From NCBI GenBank assembly GCA_026770705.1, contig JANJGN010000034.1, positions 5,332,001 to 5,396,000 of the forward strand: a stretch of DNA of 64,000 nucleotides. Reading direction: 5' to 3'. The notes under the pieces were generated by a model, which was not told the origin of the DNA, did not search any database, and saw only the letters and a list, made by a program, of their open reading frames with translations. The translations under genes were made by a program, and so were the position numbers. This DNA comes from Isurus oxyrinchus (taxonomy: Eukaryota). Positions 1-14,200 of this stretch are shown one piece after another; the first letter of the stretch is position 1; each line of letters begins with the position of its first letter.

Positions 1-2889
1 TTGTTTGCCAGGTCTTTGCATTTTGAAATCTTGTTGGAGAAGGCTGGGTAAGTTGTTGAACATGTGTCTTGCATAAGATTCGCACTGCAAGATAAGATGC
101 ACATGTGATGGAGAATGTGACAATCAAGCAGATTATTATCTGGATTTTGAGGTCTACCATAAATAGTATTGTAACAGCACTCTAACCGACAGGCAAGAAA
201 TATTCAACTTCGCTCCTGATATCCGATTCCTGAATTGTGGTAAGGCTTAAGGAAAGGAAAGATCAGTCTGACACATTACAAATATTCCATTGATATGGCC
301 CAGGGTGATGTAGGTTGGACAATCAACAAAGGTAAAGTAGTTTAATGTCAGGAAGAGTTACTCTTATATCCAGTGCTCATTCCCTAGCACGTGTGTGAGG
401 CTGAATTGACCACGGCATGAAAAAAGATCGAACTCTCTGACATGGGAACTTATAGGAAGGGCCTTTTGTCGATGGCCCTTTAGGCCTGAATGTAAAATTA
501 TCAGCCCGGAAGACGCAATTTCGATTGAACAAAAAGCTGTTGGCTTGTAGAGACCATGGGCAGGGTTCTTTTTCATTTGGATGGCAGGAGGGGAGGATTC
601 TGCTGTGAAGACCGTTTTTGGGCGGAATTAGTACGGCCGCATTGCGGTGGCGGCTGTGCCGGAAAATGCAGTGATCTGTTGAAAAGTCCATGACTTTGGC
701 AGCGCCGTAAAATCCCAAAGTGGAACATGCTCTTCAGATGTCTGGGTAGCTCTCTTTCTCAAAAGGTTACCGTTGAGTTAAAGACCCAACAGAGAATCAA
801 CTGACACGGCTCTGCCTGCCAAAGTATTGTGCATTCGCGCCTTTGGCAACATATGTCTCCATAAAACAGCAAATAGTTTTAGGCTGCAATGCTACGTCTG
901 CTAGCCGCCTTGTATACTGCGATGAGACTTCGGCCAAACATACATGGAATTGCCTCGTCCTGGAGAATTTCCATTATTATTTTGTCGTTAGAATATTCAA
1001 TGCCAAATGGTAAGACAGCCGAAGAAACGTTAGAATTCTCATCAAAGCCAATTGCTCCCGCAGGATGTCTATAACCATGCAAAATCAACTGTAAAGCATG
1101 TGAATGTCAAAAAACCGGCTTCCGAAACCGACGCATTTTACAAAACTTAATGTAGGCACCAGACATTACAGAGTCCAGTGAAAACATTTTAAGGAAACAC
1201 TGAATTGCCTATTGAAAAAGTGAGTAGATATTTATGCGTCTGCAAAACTTCATGCCAGACATGTTGTTTCATGATGTTTGATCCAGCAAGTTGCAACATA
1301 GTCAGAACATGACCGCGCAAGTTCTTGTTGGAAGAAGCTCCAAGAATACCACTTCACTGGAGCAACTCTTGCCCCCTCTGCCTAGAGTCCTTCCGCTCCA
1401 CAATAGGACTGATGAGTAACCTAAACATGATCAAATCATGAAGTCTGAACGAACCCGTGTTTGGGTCAAACAGCTGAGATCGAAGTAAAGCCAGTGTGTT
1501 TATTTTTTTGATGGCCTCCTCCATTTCTGTTGCAGGACCCAGGATATTTCTTTCGTCAGAAACCCTTCATTTGTAATCATAAATGGTTAAACTAATTAGA
1601 TTTCAGAGTTCCAAACGAGATAATGAAATGTAATCCTCGACATTAATTTCTCATTCACTCGTGCGGTTTACATAATATGTGTCTTCAACATTTTGAAATG
1701 TGAAACCATATCGACAACCTTCCCGCAGGCTCACTGTTGATGAGCATTTTACCACCGATATTTACATCCACTCGTTTTCCACATGACCAAACCTGTGAAG
1801 AAAATATCAATCACTGAAACCTCGGAAGCGTAACTCATAGTTGAATTCAACCTGTTTTGTTTAAATTTAGAAATGCGTCCGTTATGTTATTTCTGTTAGT
1901 TTAATAGTCCCTAGCCGAATCAATGCGGAGAATGAATATGTATGTTACAAGAGTTTTACTACCGCTTTCAGCGCGTAGATTGACAGCTTCCATTAGATTG
2001 GTAATGTTCGGCATTGACTGATCAGTTCCTCATTGCTTACATTGGATTTGTCTATTTATAATACTAATTATGATAATATTACGTGTCGATATTTTGTACG
2101 TGAGGTTACAAATTGAGGTTGAATACTTTATAATAATTATTATATGATGATGATGATGATCGCATTGATACTTTTCTAAATTGTTAGGCAAATGGCATTT
2201 TTGAAGTTGGATGTTTTGTTGGAGACAATGCGTTCAGTAGAATTGTCAGGGACAATTAAATTTGCAGCACGCAGTCCCTTTAGTCCTTTCTTGATATCAC
2301 GTGACTGAACAAATTGACTTTATACTGGCATCAGGGATGTTTCCGGATTTAACAATAGGCCGGCATGAAGCTTGCACTCCCCACGTTGAGCAGAAAATGA
2401 TCCAGTCTTCTCATTTGCACGGATGTGTTGAAAAAATAAATAATGAAAACGGGGCTATATGTGGACAGCATCCTCTGCACATGTGCAGATTTTTAAATTG
2501 TACACAACCAGTCGCGAGTAGATCTGACTGAGAATGCAGAATTTAACTTAATCCGCTCGTTGTAGGAACAGTTAGTTCTGTCTGACAAATGATGATTCCG
2601 TTTTTCTGCATGTAAAACCTACCCCGCTGCAGCCTCACACCATTTCTGCTATTTTTATGTAAAGTGTCGATTTTGTTCTGGTGATAATATGCATTTCAGC
2701 ACACTATGTTGAACCAATGTTCATCACTTTGCTTGCTCTTAGTGGCACTGTTATATATAACTTTGCCTTCACGTTGGAACTTATGGCTGAATCGATTTGT
2801 TTCTGCTTCAAATGGATGACAATAATTAATGGATGCACAAAACTAATATCGAAGCACCCTTCAAGCCCGTGACGTATATCACATAGTTA

Positions 2890-3160
2890 TACAGCAGATG
2901 TTTGGGGCCACCACCACCTGAAATATCACTCCCAAGCGAAACAAATCGGACTGGGAACTACAATGCCATTCCTTCACTGTCGATGTGTGAACACTCTGAA
3001 ACCCCCATCCTAATAGTATTGTGTATGTATCTACACCATATGAACTGAAGATTTTATAGGTGGAGTCTCACTACTACCGTGCCAAGTGCAGTTGCGGCTA
3101 GAAAATAAGAAGGCTGGCCTCGCTAGCGACGCCGATGTCCTGTTAAAGAACATAGAATAA
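2890..3160 (+). mobile_element. 3' end fragment of the LINE family seen at 11290-14360
   Basis: Tail gctggcctcgctagcgacgccgatgtcc and the upstream segment resemble the reverse complement of ~11290-11560. Confidence 0.6.
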
Positions 3161-3699
3161 TCTGCTCTGACTCAATTCAATTTTCAATGTGGTTGTGTTA
3201 CATAATACCATGAGCCGTGGTCGTATTCTCAGTGTGAATACAAAACATTGTCTTTGATCGCTGGTAACTGTTATGGTTCTTGTCACAGGACCATTATTTT
3301 CAATTCCAGACTTTCTTAAACTTTTAAATTAATTATTAAATTACAACTGAAATCCTGACAGATGCAATGGCAGGATTGGAACGCCTATACACAGCAACCC
3401 CAATTAACTCATCACTACGGGGCTGTATTCGCTTACTGCAGTAATCTGGAAAATGTTTGAGTTAATATGGACAGATAACGTAAATGAGCCCGAAGATTTC
3501 AGATGGAGAACATTCTGGGTGAATTATGAAATTAAGGAAAGAAAGACATTGATGACTTGTGGAGCATTTGCATTTTGTTACTCCGAGTGGCTTGCGAGTA
3601 CTCCTTGAAAATAAAAGTATCATTCAGAAATAACAAGCAATTAGGACATCCACGGAAATTTTGATTATTATCCTACTTGGTATCGAGTACACGAATCAG

Positions 3700-4255
3700 A
3701 AATTGCTCCGATAACTGCAGAGGACATTGTTGAGACTGCGATTTTAAAACATGCATTTGAGCCTCCATATTTAAAGATAGATATATTTGTTTTCGAGGCT
3801 GTAGAATGATGATTCACTAGATTGTTTATTTTTTCAGCGATGAGAGATTTGCCTTATGATGAGGCGATGAGTAAATTGGGATTATACAACTTGGAGAATA
3901 ACAGAATCGGATGTGATCGACTTTCTACTTGTACAATCCTGGAACTGATTTTTAGGATATACAATTAGAAGTTTTTTTTTCCACTGTCTGAGAAATAGAG
4001 AACACAGAATATCTTTGCATGAATACGTGTCGTCTACTTAGAGATTTGTTTTTGATAATAGTATATTTCTAGCCCTAAATGTTGTGAATGCTCTATTTCT
4101 AAATTGGATGATTGATATCTGACTAAATCAGTGCACATTGGGAATGGGAAGGAAAGTGGAGCTCAATTAGAATATCAACAAATATCACACAGAATGGCAG
4201 AGCAGTCGCACGGTTAAGGATGTTCTACCCCTGCTCCTCTGAATAATGGTCCTAT
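3700..4255 (+). mobile_element. CR1 LINE 3' fragment
   Basis: Relic of DI..LE.VQRRFTRL..LPYDE.MSKLGLYNLE at 3778-3897, followed by a CR1-type tail (gaatggcagagcag..cctgctcct). Confidence 0.75.
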
Positions 4256-6519
4256 CTCACTGAACTTCCAATGTAGCAACATTTTACTATTAACACGATG
4301 AAAACGATTGAACGCGCTGACTTCTTATTTTTGTTACTGGCATCAATATTTTTGTTGGTATGACATTTTGAAAACTAATTGTGCCATTTTAATCTCCTTG
4401 CCTTGGTTATTCCGTATATGAGTACAATTGACATCTCTTTGCCTTTTTTCTACAAAATGACCAGGTAATTGCTGCAAAAAGTAATGTATAATTGTCCACT
4501 TAAATCAGCAAATCGATAACTCGATCTTAACTAAAATTGCCTCCCTATACATGTGTTGTATTCCTATGTTAAATGTAGCTATGCATTCTTATATAACGTC
4601 AATGCTTCTAAACTCGTGTCTTAATATTAACGTGAGTTGGATTCACCTAAATTGCTGACAAATTCAACCAATTTCATAACGTTGAAATCACTATATGAAA
4701 ATTCGTATAGTTCATCCAGGACTACTGATGTGCAAAGCAGATGAAAGCCTTAAAACAATGCTTAATGTCCCCTCACTCGGACTTTAAGCAAACCATGGAT
4801 CTTTGATGAAAAACACCAGCGTTGTCACTGGAGTCTGAATCAGAGTTCATGGCTTAAACAATAGCATTGAAAAAAAGGTTAACTGAACATTATTGCCTTC
4901 CAGGTTTCATGTCCCTCTTGTGGGCAATTAGACAGTTGTTCACAGCTGGCTTGATCACAAATACAAAGGGGTTTGAAAATATATTTTGGGCAATTGGCTG
5001 AGGTACTGAAGGCTCTATCCAATGTCGGTTTACAGCTTATTATTGCTATCGTGTAGAATGGAAATCTATAGTCTGTGCTTAGGATGAAACTTCACGACTG
5101 CAACAATTTCACAATGCATACAAACAAAAAAGCTACCTGACGCCCTCTTTCTACGAACATGCGCTAATAATAGAGGAAATTGAAGAAGGCATATTAACGG
5201 GAAATTCGTCTTGCAGTAGGACTAGGGCAAAGGGACACATAGTCTTTCCTGCTGTTGTATTTCCCGTCATCAAACCAGTGTTCCTCAATATAATTTGATC
5301 GGCGAATGTTGGTTCTCTTTCTGACAATTCAGTAGTATGATAAAAACGGCTTCACGACTCTTCTCCCTCTGTAGTATATATGACCAACCAGGCACAGTGT
5401 GATGCGGCAGAGGAGATTCTTTCATTCATCTTGCTGCACAGCTCTTTAGCTGATGTCTCCATCAGTTCTGAAAGCGTCACTGTTATTTCCGCACAGTGAA
5501 TGGGTGTATTTCTCTCACAAAATCATTGGATTCTCTTTTTAAATGTTTTGTTCAAACTGCTTCTGCCACACTTGTAGATATTCGTTTTCATCTAATATCG
5601 ACTCACGGCATATAATTAAATTGTTCCCTTGTAAATTTCATTACATTGTTATCACTATTTTTTCATGCTAAGAACCACCACACAATTATTTAAAATTTCT
5701 TTAAAATGACTCTTGGATCAGAAAGGAATTGGATCCGTCAGCGTGAATGACAAAAAGATTTGCAATATAATTCAATAGCATAGAGGTGATGCAGAACTTT
5801 GTGATTTATATGATTTGTAACAATCATAATTTCTCGGTAAACTGGGGCTCTCCTCTGCTCATGACAAACATGTGATCATTGGTAGTTAGAAACTAATGTA
5901 ATCTTCTGTCGGTGGGAAGTAATGGCCCCGTCGCTGTAACTGAATAATTGAATGGATATCCACATTTTCTTCCAAACAGCCCCTCCCACACCACCACCCC
6001 CCCCCCACCCCGTCCCAGCCCACGGAGCGATGGAGCCGCAGAACTCTGCCTGCCTACAGTGATCCTGATCCCTAGAACTCTGAAATGAAAATTTCTGGCC
6101 ACAACTTTCATGGAGTGCCAATCACAGACGAAATTACGTCCAAAGTAATTTTAGTTACTTGGGAGCTGCACATTTCTAGCCTGACTTTCCAACTCCAACC
6201 TCTCAGGAAAAGTGCCGCCTGCCATCTCTTGGGACTTGGCAGGCTCAACAGCAGCATTTGACCTTGTAAAACGACGCCTCCTTCCCGAAGCAGCAGATGC
6301 CACGAAGCCAAACTTATGAGGCGAGTGTGCAAGAAAATAGAGAAGGTAGGTTTGGGCGAATCAGGCTTGCAAGAATACTCAGGAGGATAACAAGATCCTA
6401 TGGTAGGTAGCCCTACAGGGCTATCAGTCGGTCGGGCATTCCAGTGCGCAGGTTTAGGTTTGCATTCTGGAGGCCCACAAGGGGACAAGGAGGTTGAGAC
6501 TTATCATTACCCAAAGGGC

Positions 6520-7250
6520 AGAAATGGCTTTGATGGCACGTACATTCTAGACTATTGGCGACTGACTAAGATGGCCTCTCATTCCCTCCTCCATTAGCTG
6601 GAAATCCAGTCGTTCCCCTCTTGATTTACCATTCTCCTTTGGTCGAGTGATTTTCGTACTGCTTCGTGAATTCCAAGGGGCATTCTGACCAGGGTTGCAG
6701 CGTGAGAGTTTAGAAGCAAACGACAGTATTGATGACACTATCTCTGTAAAGCAGTTCAGTTTATAGTTCCAGCTGCTTTACGTAGCTAAGTGGAAGTTAG
6801 CTTTTTAAAGACAGTTGGGCAGGACTCAGGAGCGGGTGGTGAGTATGACGAGTCAAAATTGTTTGTTGCTTATGCGGGGTTGGGTGGCCCGTTAAGTGTT
6901 GTGGACACTGGGTGGAGTAGGAGAGTAAATGAGCATACTGAATTAAAGGAGGTTGTTGGTCTGTGGGGTATTCAGGTGGACATTTACAGTGGTCAGATCG
7001 AGGGAAGGGCCCCTGGCAACGTCATGTTTTGTGCAGCACTTTCAGGGGCTGGGTTGTTACCATGGTCTTGCGAGAGCAAATGGGGATGCTGAGGTCAGGC
7101 GGGAGCGTGGGGGACAGATTCGAGGTGTGCGCAAGCATTTCAGCTTGTTAGGTTGGATTCGGTATTGGGAGAGCAGACTAGGAAGTGCAGGTGTTGTCAT
7201 GCAGTGCAGAGGGCATGGTGTAGTGGTTGTGGTGTAGTCTAGTGCTGAAG
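6520..7250 (-). mobile_element. Decayed L2-like LINE endonuclease region
   Basis: - strand relics in the expected order: VNVHLNTP (cf. DFNIHLN), a frameshifted HPTPH..LDLVI-like motif, then a NAPW motif. Confidence 0.45.
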
Positions 7251-7931
7251 TGAGCAGTCAGTGCGATGGAGGTCTCATTCGGGGCTATCTTGGGGGCCTG
7301 TGGCAGTCGGAGGACAGTCAAGAATGCGGAAGGCAGTGATCCGGTCGCAGACGTATGGGCGAGGGCCATGAAAGATGTGAGCTTATTGCTCCGCGTTCCC
7401 CCGTGGTTCTGCGAGCCCACTAGGGGCTCTGGAGTGGGAGTCAACTCAGTCACTTGGCCTTCGGGACCTCTTGTATTGGCTAAGGCTTTCTCAGAGGGGT
7501 GCGATGTTTGTAGAGGGCCTGTGGGGTGTTGGGGGATCATGAAGTATTTCAGGTGGCCCTTGGAGTTTGGGGACGGTCCATGTTCCACTTATACAGACTT
7601 TAGGCATCTTTTTCATCTTTCGATCTTTATTTGGGTAAATAATACCACCATTAATTTCAAACGATCTGAACATTTCAAATTAAGTAACATTGAAATCCCA
7701 TTTTTGGATGAATCGCAATTAAGGGCAATTGCCCATCCTTATTTTGCACATTGCTTGGGGAGTGGCAGTGTGGGGGCGGTGGGGGTGGGTGGTTCTGGCG
7801 TCACAAGCGCATTTTGGGTGAAACGCCCACCATTATTTTCATTTTGTGGAACTCAGATATTCAGGGCAATATTTCAAATAGCCCTGCTAAATAGCCTGCT
7901 AAGTGATAACAGAAATAATATGAAGGCTGGG

Positions 7932-8690
7932 ATTCTGAAATATAACGAGGAAATGCTGGAAACTCAGACAATCTGGCAGCTTCTGCCCAGAGAGAAATCG
8001 TCTTAATATTTAGAGTCTGCGTTACCCTTCTTCAGAGCTAAAGCGAAACACGATGAATTATATAATTTGTAAGAGGGGGTGGGACAGTTGGATAAAAATA
8101 GAACATCAGGAATAGATGGGAGCTTAGGAACGATTTGCGTAGTGGTCATGGAAAAACAATGATACTCGCCTTAATGGTAGTGTTAAAGACTAATGGAGGT
8201 GCTGACAGTGCAAGAAACCTAAAAAAGCAGGATATTTTCATCGCAGAAAAAGCATCAGCTCTCCATGTAAGCACATCATAGAAATAAGTAACAGATGGCT
8301 CTTTCGGCCCCATGAGACAATCTGTCACTTGCTTCTATGTTGTGCTTTCACAGGCCAATGCCATGTTTTCTGGCATTATCAGATTCAGCTGCCTTACCTT
8401 AATGCCACTTCTTCTGCCTTCAGCAAAATCATTGCTTTTCACTTGTTTAGCGTCAATGATATCTTTGTCAGTCTCTGCTGATGTCCCAACTGTCCGTGAT
8501 GCTTAATTTTATTCTCCAAATGCCCCATCCACTCGTATAAGTTCTGAAATTACATTAAGTTTTTACCTCTCCTTATCAATGAAGAATGGTCACAATTATT
8601 CGAATGTGAACTCAGCTTCTCTCTCTGCAGATGCTGCTAGGCCGATTGAGTTTCTTTCCCCCAGCATTTTCTCTGTTATTTCTGCAAAGA
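7932..8690. mobile_element. Fold-back element of two inverted, decayed PLE pLTRs
   Basis: The left end resembles the pLTR tail on the - strand, with hammerhead relic CTGAAGA-A-GGGT..GACTC at ~8010-8037. The right end has the + strand tail (ctctctctgcagatgctgctaggccgattgagtt..ccagcattttctctgtt). Central arms 8269-8301 and 8314-8347 are reverse complements. Confidence 0.75.
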
Positions 8691-9210
8691 GAGCATGAAC
8701 CATCCGAAATCGCCATTTGAAATCGGACTGCCAGACAGTTTCCAGTGCAAGGTTACTGTCCATCGGAAGTTTGAAATTCTCCAGCAATTCCATTGCAGTC
8801 ATAGTATGCTGACCTGCGGGGGGGTCCCAAAGCACATCTTAAATGGCCCCCTGAGTATGACCCGACTGACATCGTATATTCTAGCTGTTGGACCAAATTG
8901 CATGAGGTTCTTCATGAAAGAAAGGGAACCAGACCTGCATTGCTGTTTTGTCTTCACAAAATATGCATGCCTGCTTGACTTCAAACGTCGTATAGAATAT
9001 TCTAACGTGCTATCAATTATGTAACGAAGGAATCATGCAGCCATTTTTCCACACAAGACCCAACAGATATAAATATCAAATCAAGGACAATTGAGGAATC
9101 AGTTGCGCAAGGTCTCGGTTTTTGGGGGGAACAAGCAGGATAATAGTACCAAGGAAAGTGAAATATGTTAGCTTCTTTACGCAAAGTAAATTGCAGCACT
9201 CTTCGACCCC

Positions 9211-9380
9211 NNNNNNNNNNNNNNNNNNNNNNNNNNNNNNNNNNNNNNNNNNNNNNNNNNNNNNNNNNNNNNNNNNNNNNNNNNNNNNNNNNNNNNNNNN
9301 NNNNNNNNNNNNNNNNNNNNNNNNNNNNNNNNNNNNNNNNNNNNNNNNNNNNNNNNNNNNNNNNNNNNNNNNNNNNNNNN
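9211..9380. other. Assembly gap (170 N)
   Basis: Run of N. Confidence 1.
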
Positions 9381-9519
9381 GCATTGGGCTGCAAAAAGCT
9401 ACCCTAGTTACATTAATTTCTGAAAGGGCACCTGCTAAAGTGGGAAGGAATAAGTAGAGTGGCAGTATGTTGCCACAAATGACAAAAAGGTGAAATCATA
9501 TATATTTATGTATTGGCAA

Positions 9520-10020
9520 AACCGTAGCAATGCTTCCACAACTTGTTTCACAGGACATTTATTAAGCAAACTTACACAGTGACCAAATATTCTGATGTTA
9601 GCGCAGATATTTAAAGTTGTATGATATCCAGAATGCTTACTAAAAGCCCAGAAATTGTAAATGTGACCCACAGGCCTTTCGGCTAAGGCAGGGCAATACA
9701 TGCTCATGGATCATGAAACATTCAATATAGAAGGTGCCAGAGAGGCCATTCGTAGGTGAAAAAGGCATAGGTCCGAAAATGATGTGGTTTAGTACACAGA
9801 AGGCGCTATGTATAATGCATGGTAGGTAGGAAGCCAACAAGTTGGTATGAAATAATCATGTCCACGCTTCATAATTTCTAGCAAAAAAAATAAAAGCGCA
9901 CCATTTATGTTAAAGGCCAAGTATTCAGTCATAATGGGCACCCGTGCAAAATATGCAGTATCAAATCGGTGGCACAATTTATTCTCCACTCCATATGCCT
10001 TTCTGCTGACTTTCATGGAA
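9520..10020 (-). mobile_element. Decayed Ty3/Gypsy RT fragment
   Basis: PIMTEYLAFNINGALLFFLLEIMKRGH (cf. PRI.E.L..L.GA..FS.LDL..GY), MPFSPTNGLSGTF (cf. MPFGL.NAPATF) and LQFLG, in the correct order. Confidence 0.6.
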
Positions 10021-11289
10021 CCGAATATCTAGTGCTATGTACAGCATTCAGTGAATGAGATCCCAGACGATTTACACTATAAACACAAGGTGAATTTCTG
10101 TACAATGTGTTAAGATGGAATTGGGAATGGACCAAGACAACAATAATAAAGCTGAAAAGAAGTAATCAAATTAGAAAACTGTAAAGCAAACCAGGAAGTT
10201 GAAGCAATTAATGAAATAGAGGAAAGGCTTAAGATGAAGAAACATTATAATAGGGATTTTTAAGAGAGCGTGGTCTTTTTCAGGGAAAACCAGAAAAAGA
10301 AACTTTTCATATGTGTGGATTATATGATCACGTACTGTGATGCTGGTACAGATATTCAAAGCATTATGTTTTCAGGAATGCTTCAAAAAAAACCAGATAA
10401 TCAAGTTATGCTTACCAGAGCTTACAATTTTGCCAGATCACGGCATGGTCATGAACCGTGGTGCAATAATTATAGAGGTTTCCAAGTGGCCATGCGGATA
10501 TAAACATGACACTTTAATGTGTTGAAGGGCTCGAGGACTTTAAGGCCAAGTATCAAACAAAGCATGATGATTTTAACACGGGCATGTTGATTTACTGGGG
10601 GGCAAATGTAGGTCATCGAGTAAGTGGTCATGTGTAAACAGGGCAGGGCAAATAAGGAGACAGAGGAACATTTAGGATAAGTTCAGGTTCGCTCTGTGAT
10701 GATTGCGGTGACCAGCTGCGAATTATATCATTGCTATTAGGTGTAATTACAGAGTCAGGAATGTTGGAGTCAGGAGCATTGGGGCTAAGACAGCGACAGT
10801 ACAAGATAAGGTAAAGGAAGGGAAAATAATTGCTCTTAGCGATTATGCAGTTGTGAGATCATAAACTCATTTCATGGTAAAATTTAATATTATTCTTACA
10901 ATGTTTTTAGTTATCCACAGACAGATACCATGGAGACAATTGCAGTGTTATTTACTGGCGTGGCGGAGGCCGGGAGGAAAATCTGGCGAACAGCCCAAAA
11001 GCCCCTAGAATTCTGGCTCAATTCAATGGAGTTTGGAATGGCTCGATGCATTTTATGACCCCATCCCCGCCGCGACTTTGCTATAAAATTCCGATGCATT
11101 CGCCAGTTAAAAACAGGATCTAGAACGGGACAAAAGAAAATGCTTTTAATCTCCACTCAACTTATTTCGAATAAATTTGTTATTATGCATCACTGGCTGT
11201 ATGATTAAATAATAAGTAATTCAGCGACAGTGGAAACATTTAGAAAATTGGGTTGAGTGCGGAGGTTACATTCCTTTTTTTAAAAAAAA

Positions 11290-14200
11290 ATATTCATTCA
11301 CGGATTTTGGATTCGTTGATTTGGCCAGCATTTATTTACAATCCAGATTTGCCCTTGGGAAGATAGTGGTGAGCTGCAATCTTGAACTGAAACAGTCCCT
11401 TTTGTTTCGCTACATCCTGGGTGCTGCTAGAGAGGGACTTCCAGGGATTTCACCCATTGACAGTAAAGGAAGGGTGATATGTTTCCAAGTCAGGATGCTG
11501 AGTGACTTGGGGTTGAACTTACAGGTCGTCGTGTTCCCATTTATCTGCTGCCCTTTCCCTTCTAGGTGGCTTTGGAAGTTGCTGTCTAAGGGGACTTCCT
11601 GAATTCTTGCAGTGCATATTTTACATGGTACCCACTGTCTCCATTTGGCGTCTGTGGTGGAACGATTGAAAGAGGTGTCACTAAAGTGGATAGGTTTTTT
11701 CATGGATGGTGCCCAACTTCAGTGCATCACGTCGCACTCCGAATGTGTGCCTTGCAGGTACTGGGTAGGCTTTGAGGAGTTCGGAGGTGAGTTGCTCGTC
11801 GCACTATTCTAAGCCTTGGACCTGCCCTTTTATCCATAGTATTTATATGGCTAGTCGAGTTCGGTTTTCGGTCAATGCTAACCACAAGGGCTTGATAGTG
11901 GTGGATTCATTAATCACAATGCCATTGAACATCAGGAAGCGATGGTAGGTCTTTCTTCTTGGACACTGCAATAGCCAGACACTTGTGCGGTGCGAAAGTT
12001 ACTTGGCACTTGTCAACCCAAGCCTAAATATTGTCCAGGCCTTGCTGTATTTGGACATGAACTGCTTCAGTATCTGGGAAGTCATGAAAGTTCATTTTAG
12101 GCCTTATGATGATAGGGAGGTCATTGATGAAGAAGCTGAATATGTTTGGGCCTCGGGCACTACCCTCGGGAACTCCTGCACTGATATCTTAGAGCTGAGA
12201 TGACCGACCTCCAACAGCCACAACTGTCTTCCTTTCTGCTGGACATGACTCAAAACAGCTAAGAGTTTTCCCTCTGATTCCCATTGAGTCCAGTTTTGCT
12301 CGTGCTCCACGATGGCACTCTCCGACAAATTCTGGCTTGATGTCAAGGGCAGTGGGTCTCAACTCACCACGGGGGTGCAGCTCTTTTGCCCATATTTGAA
12401 CCTAGTCAATAATGAGGTGAGGACATGAATGGCCATGGCGGGATCCATACTGAATGATTATGAGCAGGTCATTGCTAAGCAAGTTCCGCTTTATAGCACT
12501 GTTAATGACCCACTTCCATAACTTTACTGATGTTGGAGAGTAGAATGATAGAGCGGTAATTGGCCGATATGGAATTGTCCTGCTTTTTGTGTACAGGGTG
12601 TACTTGGCCAATTTTCACATATCCGAGTTGATGACAGTATTGTAGCTCTATTGGATCAGCTCGGCTAGGAGTATGGCAAGTTCTTGAGTAAAAGTATTCA
12701 GTACTATTGCCGTAATATTTCCAGGGCCAATAGACGTTTCAGTATCCACTGTCTTCAGTCGTTTCTTGATGCCATGTAGCGTGAATCGCGTACGCTGAAA
12801 CAGCATCTATGATGCTGTGTACTTCAGGATGAGGCCGAGATGAACCTTCCATTCAGCCTTCTTGGCTGAAGATTGTTGCGAAAGTTTCACCATTACTTTT
12901 TGCACTGCGGTGCTGCGTTCTTCCAGAATTGTGAATGGTGATGTTTGTGTTGCCTCCTCCTCCAAGTGAGTGGTTAAATTGTTCACAAAAATTCTAACAA
13001 GAGTGTGGCATGATGCCAGTGTTGAAATCTGAACTGTTGGTTGTGGGACGCTTAATTCTGTCTATCACTTGCTGATTATGCTGTTTGTAGCTTCACCAGG
13101 TTGTCACCACATCTTCACATGTGCCTGATGCTGCTCCAGGCATTTGGTCCTGTACTCTTCATTGAACCAGGCTTCTTTCCAAGGCTTGATCGTAACGATA
13201 GGCTAGGGGCGATGATGGGCCATGAGTTTGCTTGTTGTGTTTGAATGCAACTCTGTGCTGCCGATGACCCAAAGTGCCTCACGTGTTCCCAGTCCTGAAA
13301 AGCTTGATTGGTGCGTAATCTATCCGATTAAGCATGGTGATGGTGCCACTCAAGACGATGGAGGGTATCCTCAATGTTAAGGTGGGATGTGGTCTCCACA
13401 ATGACAGTGCAATAGTCAGTCCTACAGGTGCTGTAATGGATAGATGAATCTCTGGTTGACAGTTTGGTAAGGATAAAGTCAACCTTATTCTGCCTTTTGT
13501 TAGTTCGCTCACAAACTGCTGCAGATGCTGTCTAGTAGCTATGGGAATTAGGACTCTGATACCTCGGTCAATAGTGGTGCTAACGAGTCAAGTCTGCCGA
13601 TGGATGTTGAAGACCCCACCAAAAGAATATACTGTGCCTTTGCCAACTCCAGTGCAACCTCCAGGTGATATCCAACATGCCAGGGCCCTGACTCAGCAGC
13701 TGAGGTAATCGGGTAAGTGACAAATAGCAGGACATTCCCTAGCCTATCTTTGACTTCATACCAGGAGACTCCACGTCTGGAGTGGATGTTGAAGGCTCCC
13801 AGGGCAACGCCCGACTGTACATCACTGCTCCACCACCGCTGCTGTGTCTGTCCTGCCGGTGGGACAGGACGTACCCAGGGCAGGTGATGGTGGAGATTGA
13901 TACATTATCTTTAGTGTATGATTCCGTATTATTGATAGGCTGATGCTTCACTATTCAGTGGGATAGCGTCCTCACTTTTGGCACTATCCACCATATTTTA
14001 GTACAGATGACTTTGCAGATTCAACAGCGCTGTGATTGCCATTTCCGGTGTCGATGCCGGGACATACTTCCGGTTTCATTGCTTTTGTATATGCATTTGT
14101 AGTGGCTTGTCAATACTGATTGGCTTGCTCGGTCATTTCAGAGCACATTTAGGTTTCGAATACGTTGCTATCATTCTGGAGTTGCTTGGAGGACAGGCCA

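Noticed and set aside
7266-8006. 246-aa + strand ORF
   Set aside because: No recognisable domain. It spans unrelated repeat relics and ends inside a pLTR, so it is most likely a chance ORF.
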